This document shows, in pieces, positions 1 through 8,800 of a stretch of DNA of 64,000 nucleotides. Source of the DNA: Prevotella sp. (GTDB lineage: Bacteria; Bacteroidota; Bacteroidia; Bacteroidales; Dysgonomonadaceae); assembly GCA_031285625.1 (NCBI GenBank), contig JAITVV010000084.1:1-64000 (forward strand). Direction: 5' to 3'. A program made the position numbers and the translations under genes. The notes beneath the pieces were generated by a model. That model worked only from the letters and a program-made list of their open reading frames with translations. It was not told where the DNA came from and made no database searches. Every line of letters starts with the position of its first letter. The first letter of the stretch is position 1.

Positions 1-25
1 GCAATACAATTCGGGACAAATTTAA

Positions 26-292
26 GGTACTAAATCGGTACCCATTTTTTTAAGAAAGTCTGAAATGTATTTGTTTATAAGCATATAGAGAGCGGGGTTC
101 GAATCCCGTCTTTCGCTCAACCTCTGAAAGATATCAGAGAGAAAAATGAAGATGATAGCTTCCAAATCAACAGATTGGAAGCTATTTTTTTTACTATTAA
201 TTCCACTTGAAAGCCATAAAAAAGCCACAAACGGAGAACTAAACGGTACTAAAACAGTACCTGTTTTAATCTCTTAAAATTGGCACCGATTT
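26..292. repeat. Repeated motifs flanking the att core (candidate integrase arm-type sites)
   Basis: GGTACTAAATCGGTACC (26-42) and GGTACTAAAACAGTACC (245-261) are direct copies. TTGGCACCGATTT (280-292) is an inverted partial copy of AAATCGGTACCCA (32-44). Confidence 0.55.
95..118 (+). mobile_element. 3' fragment of a tRNA-Gly (T-arm plus 3' acceptor strand); probable att core of an integrative element
   Basis: GGGTTCGAATCCCGTCTTTCGCTC has the T-loop (GGTTCGAATCC) and a Gly-type 3' end. No D-arm or anticodon arm lies upstream. An integrase remnant starts about 270 bp downstream. Confidence 0.7.
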
Positions 293-388
293 CCTATATA
301 AATCACTGATATGTCGCATATTATCTTCTAGATTGTTCTTCTTCCGAAGCACGTTAAAACTATTTTTATTACTTATAAAATTATGTAT

Positions 389-695
389 ATGAGACGAAGT
401 ACTTTCAGGATACTCTTTTACATTAAAAGGGGGAATCGAAGAAAAATGGTGATGTTGTAATAATGGGCCGGATCACTATAGACGGAGAACGTTCGAAGTT
501 CAGTACTAAGCTGGAAATTACTCCCTCCGGGTGGGATAATAAGACTGGAAAAGCGAAAGGAAACAGTGTAAATGCAGCTAACATTAACTGTATGCTTAAT
601 AATATCCGTGGAAAAGTAACCCTCCATTATAACAGACTAATGGATATCAATGGATATGCCAATCCGGATACACTTAAAAATGCACTATTCGGGGA
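389..695 (+). pseudogene. Tyrosine integrase remnant (N-terminal arm-DNA-binding domain only; frameshifted, truncated)
   Basis: MRRSTFRILFYIKRG continues in another frame as ESKKNGDVVIMGRITIDGERSKFSTK...WD...KNALFG, typical of Bacteroidota integrase N-termini. One extra G in the G5 run near 429-433 restores the frame. No catalytic domain follows. Confidence 0.8.
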
Positions 696-1038
696 ATGTA
701 TCATCACATAATCCCCTTCTGCCTGTAAATATATTACCTCCGAAATCATTACCACATCGATTTTTTGACCATTCTTGATTGCAATACGCTCTAATATTTC
801 TGTTTTTTCAGCAACTTCTGCCGATTCCGAATTATCAACAAGTTCTTCTTCATCTATTAAATCTATTTCTTTTACAGTATAAATATTATTATAAACGAGA
901 ACAGCAAGCACATAGGTTAATATGGCTAGAAGAATACGCACTCCAAACACCAAGAATTATAAGGAAAACGGCAAGCCCATAACCTCCATTATTTTTCCCT
1001 CTCTTAAAAAGATATTTATCATTCGAATTTGCTTCCAT
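696..1038 (-). pseudogene. Deleted LytTR-regulator locus: start of a LiaF-like membrane gene joined to part of a TM-LytTR gene
   Basis: ERIAIKNGQKIDVVMISEVIYLQAEGDYVMIH is the start of a LytTR domain, cut off at the integrase junction. Upstream, out of frame, is MEANSNDKYLFKRGKNNGGYGLAVFLIILG. Confidence 0.65.
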
Positions 1039-1101
1039 AAAATTGATTTTATTGATTTTAGTATAAAAGTAAATCTATAACTGGCTTAAGACAAGTAAAA
1101 A

Positions 1102-1132
1102 TCGATGAACTACCATTATTTCCCGATAAACG
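1102..1132 (-). promoter_or_regulatory. Candidate LytTR operator (direct repeat, 21-bp period)
   Basis: CGATGAAC (1103) and CGATAAAC (1124) lie 21 bp apart just upstream of the LytTR remnant, matching the usual LytTR site geometry. Confidence 0.5.
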
Positions 1133-1321
1133 AATGATAAAAAACTTTAAAAGTATACGAATTTAAGGTCATTAAAAAGCAGAAATTTTAAACCTTTATA
1201 AGGTATTCTTGTTGTATTGTTATATAACTAAAAAATTAACAATAAAAAGAGAGTCATTTAAACCTTTGCTTTTTTATTCAGTCATAAACCGAAACAAATA
1301 TCAATTAAAATAAATAAGAAA

Positions 1322-1813
1322 ATGAAACAATTTACAAAAACGACATTAGCCTTATTCGCTATGAGCATATTAATATCATTCACAGGAATGGTACAGGCAC
1401 AAAGTAAACAAGATATAGAGAAAGCACTGGAACCATTTCCTAAAGCTGCCGAAGGCATGGTCAGACATGTAATCCAGTTGGGTAAGAAATCAGACGAGTC
1501 TATGTATAAAGTAGAAATTATACCTGGCAAAGTGATGAGCGTAGACTGTAACCACCATTCACTTATGGGTAATCTGGAAGAAAAAGACTTACAAGGATGG
1601 GGATACAACTATTATGAATTTACATCAAACGGTCAGACCAGATCTACGATGATGGCTTGCAACAAACCCAATGAAAACAAATTTGTAATGGGCCAAACGA
1701 TACTAATCAGATATAATAGCAAGTTACCGATTGTTGTATATGCTCCACAAGGATATGAAATTAAATACCGAATTTGGAAAGCAGGGAAGAATCAATCATC
1801 TGCATTAAAGTAA
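1322..1813 (+). CDS. eco: Ecotin, periplasmic serine protease inhibitor
   Basis: Signal peptide; PFPKA..GMVRHVI, VDCN, GWGYNYY, STMMAC, RYNSKLPIVVYAP motifs. Confidence 0.95.
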   Translation: MKQFTKTTLALFAMSILISFTGMVQAQSKQDIEKALEPFPKAAEGMVRHVIQLGKKSDESMYKVEIIPGKVMSVDCNHHSLMGNLEEKDLQGWGYNYYEFTSNGQTRSTMMACNKPNENKFVMGQTILIRYNSKLPIVVYAPQGYEIKYRIWKAGKNQSSALK

Positions 1814-1833
1814 TACATTAAGCTATATAATAT

Positions 1834-1874
1834 ATTAAGGAGGTAACGAGTTTTTGTTTACCTCCTTAATTTTT
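1834..1874 (+). terminator. Intrinsic terminator after eco
   Basis: ATTAAGGAGGTAA...TTACCTCCTTAAT stem followed by a T-run. Confidence 0.8.
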
Positions 1875-1978
1875 GCCTATTGGCAATGATGCCTAAAGTA
1901 TCAAATGGAAAAGTGCTGGTTTGAATAACAAATTCTTAAAATATTTATAACTTTGCATCTTAAATAAAAATCAGATAT

Positions 1979-3250
1979 ATGTTGACGCTGAAAACCATTA
2001 GTGAAAATCCGGAGTTAGTTATAAAAAAATTAGCTAAGAAACACTTCGACGGAAAAGAGATTATAGGTAGGGTGCTGGAGATAGACCAGACCAGAAAAAA
2101 GACACAAACAACCCTTGATGCGAGCCTTGCTGAATCCAACAGCCTGTCTAAACATATAGGCCAACTAATGAAAGAAGGCAAAAAAACGGAAGCTGAAGCT
2201 GCTAAAAACAGAGTAGCCGAAATAAAAGGAGAAAATAAGATTCTGGAAGATGCATTACGTCAGGCAGAGCAAGATCTTCAGGAATTACTCGTTCTTATAC
2301 CTAACCTTCCTTCTGATGAAGTACCCGAAGGTAGAACAGCGGAAGATAATGTAGTTGAAAAAACAGGGGGTATCCTTCCTGATTTGGGAGAAGATGCGCT
2401 GCCACACTGGGATCTGGCAAAAAAATATGATTTAATAGACTTCGAACTTGGAGTAAAGATATCAGGAGCAGGTTTTCCTGTCTATAAGGGAAAAGGAGCC
2501 AGATTACAACGTGCTTTAATCAATTTCTTTTTGGATAAAGCAAGAGAAGCCGGTTATCTGGAAGTACAACCACCATATGTAGTAAATGCCGCATCTGGCT
2601 ATGGAACAGGGAATTTGCCTGACAAAGAGGGCCAGATGTATCATGCTACTGTAGATGATCTATACCTAATACCTACGGCAGAAATTCCTGTGACAAATAT
2701 ATATAGGGACGTAATCCTTGAAGAAAAAGATTTACCGGTAATGAATACGGCGTATTCTGCCTGTTTCCGTCGTGAGGCCGGATCTTACGGAAAAGATGTA
2801 CGCGGACTAAACCGTTTACACCAATTTGATAAGGTAGAAATTGTACGTATAGATAAACCTGAACATTCTTATATCTCCCTGAAAGAGATGGTTGCTCATG
2901 TGCAATCCCTTGTGGAAGAACTGGAATTGCCTTGGCGGATACTTCGTTTATGTGGAGGGGATATGAGCTTCACTTCAGCGCTGACATTTGATTTCGAAGT
3001 ATTTTCCGCAGCTCAAAAACGCTGGTTGGAAGTAAGTTCTGTTTCGAATTTCGAAAATTTTCAGGCTAACCGTCTAAAATGTCGTTATCGTGATGCAGAT
3101 AAAAAAATACAGCTAGTTCACACATTAAACGGAAGTGCCTTAGCTCTACCCCGCATTGTAGCGGCGCTTTTGGAAAATAACCAAACTGCCGATGGTATAC
3201 GCATACCGAAAGCACTCGTGCCATATACAGGTTTTGAATTTATTAATTAA
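1979..3250 (+). CDS. serS: Seryl-tRNA synthetase
   Basis: N-terminal coiled-coil arm; LIPTAE, CFRREAGSYGKD.RGL.R.HQF, EVSSVSN, HTLNGSALA.PR. Confidence 0.98.
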   Translation: MLTLKTISENPELVIKKLAKKHFDGKEIIGRVLEIDQTRKKTQTTLDASLAESNSLSKHIGQLMKEGKKTEAEAAKNRVAEIKGENKILEDALRQAEQDLQELLVLIPNLPSDEVPEGRTAEDNVVEKTGGILPDLGEDALPHWDLAKKYDLIDFELGVKISGAGFPVYKGKGARLQRALINFFLDKAREAGYLEVQPPYVVNAASGYGTGNLPDKEGQMYHATVDDLYLIPTAEIPVTNIYRDVILEEKDLPVMNTAYSACFRREAGSYGKDVRGLNRLHQFDKVEIVRIDKPEHSYISLKEMVAHVQSLVEELELPWRILRLCGGDMSFTSALTFDFEVFSAAQKRWLEVSSVSNFENFQANRLKCRYRDADKKIQLVHTLNGSALALPRIVAALLENNQTADGIRIPKALVPYTGFEFIN

Positions 3251-3349
3251 AGTGAAAATCAAACTATTTGACAAAAAAAAGCGTTATTTTAATTGTTAAT
3301 GTATTAATTTTGCGTTAAGTGTTAAAATGAACATAATTAATAAAAAGAT

Positions 3350-3874
3350 ATGAATAAGAAATTAATGGGAATCGGATTGGCCCTGGCTTTAATTATAGGG
3401 TTCGGGTCTTGTAAGCCAAAACAAAGTGCTTATAAATCGGTATATGAAGCAGCAAAAGAAAGAGAAATGGAAGAAAATACAGTTTCTTCAACTCCTGTTT
3501 CTAAACCTGCAGAAACTACACCTACTTATACCAGTTCAACAGAATCTGTTAGAAAAGAAAAAGTAACTCCTGTATATGAAAGTGATGCCAATGGTTTAAA
3601 AGCATATAGCGTAGTTATAGCTGCTATGGCTATGAAACCTGGAGCAGAATCATTAAAAGAAAGATTTGGTAACGAAGGCTACAATGTAATATTAGCCCGT
3701 AACGATCAAGGTATGTATCGTGTAATCATTGCCAGCTATGATTCTAAGGAACAAGCTGTAGCTAAGAAGAACGAAATTCTTGAAAAATACAATGCATTAG
3801 GCGATGCTTCTACATTAAGAAGTAAATATGGTATCCCGTTCAATGATTGGTGGATACTACAAAGAGAATATTAA
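3350..3874 (+). CDS. SPOR-domain lipoprotein
   Basis: Lipobox FGSC; KQSAYKSVYEAAK; C-terminal YSVVI..A...MYRVIIASYDSKEQA SPOR-like fold. Confidence 0.8.
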   Translation: MNKKLMGIGLALALIIGFGSCKPKQSAYKSVYEAAKEREMEENTVSSTPVSKPAETTPTYTSSTESVRKEKVTPVYESDANGLKAYSVVIAAMAMKPGAESLKERFGNEGYNVILARNDQGMYRVIIASYDSKEQAVAKKNEILEKYNALGDASTLRSKYGIPFNDWWILQREY

Positions 3875-3892
3875 TAAGTACATCTAAATAAT

Positions 3893-3922
3893 AGAGGAGA
3901 GCTATCGTTCTCCTCTTATTTT
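3893..3922 (+). terminator. Intrinsic terminator
   Basis: AGAGGAGA/TCTCCTCT stem followed by TATTTT. Confidence 0.7.
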
Positions 3923-4059
3923 GTATACTATCTCAGCACAAAGACCTATCAAAACCTTAACAGTTCATTTTTAACCTTTATAATATTAAATACACTTCTT
4001 TTTTTTTATCTTTGTGCAATATACTAGGTAGAATATCCTCTAAACAAACTTATTGAAAT

Positions 4060-4860
4060 ATGAAAGTATTACACACAACTTTGCTACTTGCTATAATTAT
4101 TGTTATTTCGTCTTGTAAGTCACAAGATCAGGCGCTTAAAGACTTCTATCGAAATACAAATAATCAAATGAAAAGAGAATCTTTCCTGATAAAATCAAGT
4201 CCTGCAACGCCTGCGCAACAATACGAGGAAAGATCGATCAACAGTTCTGCTGAGTCAGCTTACATGGCGCAAGTAAAAGCAAAATCCGAGCAGTTTCATG
4301 TAATCTATGATGAGTCGGAATATGCCAATGGAGATGTTTATCTTGAAGCAGCAAAACACAGACAAGCTTTGATCGAAAAAGCTAACAAAGATTGTCCTGA
4401 TTGTCCAAAAACAACATCTGTTACTACAACGACAACCATAAGCCAGCCTACAACAAGTACCGGAGTATCGGCTAATACGCAATCAACAAGTGGAACACCG
4501 GATTTCTTTGCTCACTTACTTAATACTGATAAGAAACTAATAAGAACAGAAGGTGTTTCATATACAAATACAGATGATAAGGCGAAACTGAAAAAGTACA
4601 ATGTAGTTATTGCTGCTCTATCTAAATATGAAGGAACAGAACGTCTAAAAAATGCTTTTGCCGGTTCAGGAGAATCCCTTACTATTCTCAAAAACGATTC
4701 AGGATTATATTACGTTATCATTGGCAGTTTTGATACAGAAGGGCAGGCAATGGACAAAATAAAGAGTATTGAAAGGGAATATAACAGCCGTTATACAGCA
4801 GCACAGTTGCAGAGCAAATACGGTATTACATTTACCAATTTGTGGATTCTAAGAAAATAA
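4060..4860 (+). CDS. SPOR-domain lipoprotein (paralog of the upstream gene)
   Basis: Lipobox ISSC, Thr-rich linker, YNVVIAA...YYVIIGSFDT; shares the SKYGI.F...WIL tail with 3350-3874. Confidence 0.75.
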   Translation: MKVLHTTLLLAIIIVISSCKSQDQALKDFYRNTNNQMKRESFLIKSSPATPAQQYEERSINSSAESAYMAQVKAKSEQFHVIYDESEYANGDVYLEAAKHRQALIEKANKDCPDCPKTTSVTTTTTISQPTTSTGVSANTQSTSGTPDFFAHLLNTDKKLIRTEGVSYTNTDDKAKLKKYNVVIAALSKYEGTERLKNAFAGSGESLTILKNDSGLYYVIIGSFDTEGQAMDKIKSIEREYNSRYTAAQLQSKYGITFTNLWILRK

Positions 4861-4967
4861 GGTTACAGACCTATTTATTGACGACTCAGGTATAGCTACT
4901 AACAGACAGCTATTACTTATAAAATGTGATGTTAATTATTAGTGTTTAATAAAGATATTTGATAAGA

Positions 4968-5726
4968 ATGAAAGTAAAGTTCTTGGGAACAGGAACATCG
5001 ACAGGAGTCCCTGAAATAGGTTGCCAATGTGAGGTATGTACCTCTGACGATATAAAAAACAGACGCTTGCGAGCGTCTGTTTTGGTAAGTATAGGAGACA
5101 AAAGAATTCTTATAGATTGTGGACCTGATTTCAGGCAGCAGATCTTAAACGAAGAGTTCTCCCCAATTCATGGGGTATTACTTACCCATGAGCATTATGA
5201 TCATGTGGGAGGACTGGATGATCTTCGTCCTTTTTGTAAATTTGATGATGTGGATATATATTCCAACAGTATTACTTTAGAGGCTCTAAGGATACGTATA
5301 CCCTACTCTTTCAGAGAAAATAAATATCCGGGTGTGCCATCATTCAGATTACATGAAATAGAGAATAACACGACATTTAATATAGCAGATATTAAAATCC
5401 AACCGATAAGGGTAATGCATTACATGCTACCTATATTCGGATATAGGATTGGTAACTTTGCTTATCTTACAGATGTAAAACATATCCCTGAAGAGGAATA
5501 CGCAAAATTGAAGAACCTGGACACCCTGGTAATCAGTGCACTAAGGATCGAGGAACATATTTCTCATCTTACATTGGAAGAAGCACTGGAAGAAGTAAGG
5601 AAAATAGCTCCGAGAAAGGCTTATTTTATACATATGTCCCATCACATGGGCTTACATGAAGAAGTGCAAAAAAGGCTCCCTGAAAATATATATTTATCAT
5701 ATGACGGACTAGAGATAGAAGTATAG
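4968..5726 (+). CDS. MBL-fold metallo-hydrolase (PhnP-like phosphodiesterase family)
   Basis: FLGTGTSTGVPEIGCQCEVC zinc site, THEHYDHVGGLDDLR (HxHxDH), YLTD, HMSH. Confidence 0.9.
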   Translation: MKVKFLGTGTSTGVPEIGCQCEVCTSDDIKNRRLRASVLVSIGDKRILIDCGPDFRQQILNEEFSPIHGVLLTHEHYDHVGGLDDLRPFCKFDDVDIYSNSITLEALRIRIPYSFRENKYPGVPSFRLHEIENNTTFNIADIKIQPIRVMHYMLPIFGYRIGNFAYLTDVKHIPEEEYAKLKNLDTLVISALRIEEHISHLTLEEALEEVRKIAPRKAYFIHMSHHMGLHEEVQKRLPENIYLSYDGLEIEV

Positions 5727-5741
5727 CAAAACCTTATATTT

Positions 5742-5781
5742 ATTAAAAGGGTTATATCCATATGGATATAACCCTTTTAAT
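5742..5781. terminator. Perfect 40-bp palindrome; bidirectional terminator between convergent genes
   Basis: ATTAAAAGGGTTATATCCATATGGATATAACCCTTTTAAT equals its own reverse complement. Confidence 0.85.
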
Positions 5782-5803
5782 TGTCTATCAAGAAGCACTA
5801 TAC

Positions 5804-8800
5804 TTATTTCGAAATCTTTGTGGTCACATTCTTATTAGTTATAATATGTGTTATCGCAGAATACGGAATCAGTTTATTACCTTGTAATCCTCTTATGGCT
5901 GTTTGCAAACATGGATCATCCATATCCGACATGAAATCATAAGTGATATCCAAATCAACTTTCTTTCCTGTAGGTAGATCGTTGTCATCCAGTTCGTCCA
6001 CCAGATCAGCTAGAGCCGGAGCTTTCACTTTGAATTTAATCTGCATCACACCCGTCGGCAATACAAAACCACCCGAACCATCTGATGCACCGGCAATAAT
6101 CAATGTATTAGGAGCATCACCTGCTTCTTGTGTCATAAAGACTGGAACAGGAGGAGTGGAGCTACCTGAGGTCTGTGTATATGCAAAGCTACCCGGCACA
6201 TAAGTAAATTCCTCATTGAAATCTACATTCAGGTACATATCTGTAATATTAGCATTGGTATTAGTAACAGTATACACAACTTCAATCTCATCATCTGATT
6301 TATAGGCCGCATGACTATATGTAGGATTCATTACCACTTCATCCTGACGCTGCTGCCACACTGCAGTAAAAGAGGTATAAGGATCTTTCGTTTCTCTGTC
6401 TTCACTATAAAGAGACTTCTGTACAGTAGCATTACTTTCAATAATTTCATAAGCTATATTCCCTCTATTATTATATACTGCACTTGGTGCATCTTCGTCA
6501 AGCAGAGCGGTTGCCCTCAAAATCAAAGTTGTTTGCCCGGGAACAACCAGTCCGTCAATCTTCAATTCTTCACCGTTACCGGATGTTGCAGGATTAATTT
6601 GAGGATCGAATGCAGGATTGTGGTCACTACTGATAGCATCTAATCCGAATGAGCCAATTTCCCATTTCATCTTTTCAGGTAAAATATCACTAAAATTGAC
6701 TGTTACCGGATCACAATTCACATTTCCAATATAGAATGAATATTCCACCGGATCACAAGTAGTGACTTCGCGCTCCTTTACCTGTTTTCCAAATGATAAA
6801 CCATCTTCATTAATTGTAGGTGGAGGCGGTACCGGACGCAGAGTGATCGGAGAAATATATATTTCTTGTGTTGACGATGTTGCTCTACCTGTAGTCCTGT
6901 ACTTAATAGTTACACTTGTCACTCCCCCTTTAAAGGAAACATTTACCATACCGTTCTTGTTACTAGCAGACACGCCTCCTCTTTTGGTTACAGTAGCTCT
7001 ATTTCCCGATATTTTGTATCTCGCCTGATTGGGTTTACCTGCAAAGCTCAGTGTAGGTACATAATTTCCGTTCGAACATCCTCCGATTATCTCAACTTCT
7101 TCAAAAGATCTGGATGAGCAATCAAGATCGGAAATCGAAAATTCAGGAATTACAGGATGATTAAATGTAATTGTAACAACGACATCCTGATTGATATTTC
7201 CACCTCTACGTTGAACACGTAAACTTCCTTTAGCCGGTGTATTTACCGAACGTGGATATCTACGGTTCGCTCTTACATTAGTAGGGTATGCAACCTTCGT
7301 TTCGGTAACCTGAATATTATCACCCAGATTTACAGGAGTATTAACTGTAAGGGTTAGCCCTGTAGCCGTCGAAGTGTTGGTATTGGACGTCCATTGCGTC
7401 CATGAGAATTGTTTCGAGCCTGTAAACTGCGCATCTTCGTCAGCAGCACAACCATCCGAATTGGCCTTGTAGCCAAAAGTAACATAGGTACCCTCAGCAG
7501 ACAAAGTATAAGCGCATTGAGGTTCGCCATTCAGCCAATTCATTGGAATTACCGCTTTAAAATTACCATAATTGGGATTACCCGGGATAAGAGCTGTTGA
7601 GTCGTCGGCAATTATCATAACAAAATCATTGCCTTTATTGATCACGTTATACAGATCTCCAGTAGCAGGGTCCCCTGAAGGTTCCTGTCCAAGGTTATTT
7701 GTCGAGTTGTCTTGCAATCCGATAAGTACTGAAATTGGGCGGTCATTGTTTGACACTTTATGCAAAAACCATCGTCTGTTAAAGATCGACTCAAAGTCAC
7801 CACAAATATCAGCATCTGCAACAACTGTTGTACCTTTTCCGTGATTATCGCCCCATATAACAGCTTCTCTGTCATTATCAAAAGTACCTACCTTACTACT
7901 ACCATCAAAATTCAACGATTCTCCCGCAACACCAACATGAAGTATAGAACCTACTTCGGTAGAGTGCGACTGAGTATTATTTAAAAGAGCTATATCGTCA
8001 CGTATAATTGCTGCAATATTATGATAGTAACGATAAGGAGAACCTACTGGCGAAGACAGTCCGGGCCATAAAGATGTACCATTAGACAATTTGTAATCGA
8101 ATCGCGGAGCAGAATAATCTGAGGAGTTAGGATTTAATGTAAGTCCGTATTTAAGAGCATAGTAGGAGTTTACCATTGCTCTTTCGTCATCAGTCAATGC
8201 CTTTTCATACATCACTACTTCCGATACAAGTCCTCTCAACGAACGGGTATGGTAACGGCTACCTCCTAGAGATCCGTTCCCATTCATATACCAAGTACCG
8301 GCTCTAACGCTACTACCATATACACCATATGCCATATTAAAACCTACAACAATATTGTTTGCCGGTATAGTACTACCAACATTTGTAAATTGATAAGACG
8401 AAATCGTAGTTGAACCGGGATTGAATAATTTTGCATCTATATTAACAGCAACATTCGTCCTTAAACGTGGCCGGCCATCTCCATTACGAGACTGAATACC
8501 AAATGTCGGCAAATATTGAGTATAACCAGTCAATACCTCAGGATTATGAAAAGATATCATATAAGTATTATCACCATCACTCGGACGCAAAGCACTATTC
8601 ATTACCATAAAAGTAGTACTATTAACAGGTTTTCCGGTGCTCATAGGACCTTTGGTTGTAGATAAGAATGCTGAAAATCGGTTTGAACTAGAATTCGTAC
8701 CCCAGTCAGTATAAAAATCAATTGCAGGATGATAGTTCATTAAGTAGTGTATAGGAATATAAACCGGTGTACGTATATCAGCATTGGAATTATTTTTACT

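Noticed and set aside
45-120. Complete tRNA gene
   Set aside because: Only the T-arm and 3' acceptor strand are present; the upstream sequence cannot form D or anticodon arms.
407-421. CAGGATACTCTTTT matching the HTCS operator half-site
   Set aside because: It lies in integrase coding sequence, lacks the second half-site at +21 and has no linked promoter; probably chance.
5742-5781. Perfect palindrome as a mobile-element end or operator
   Set aside because: Its position between convergent stops with A/T flanks is fully explained by a bidirectional terminator.
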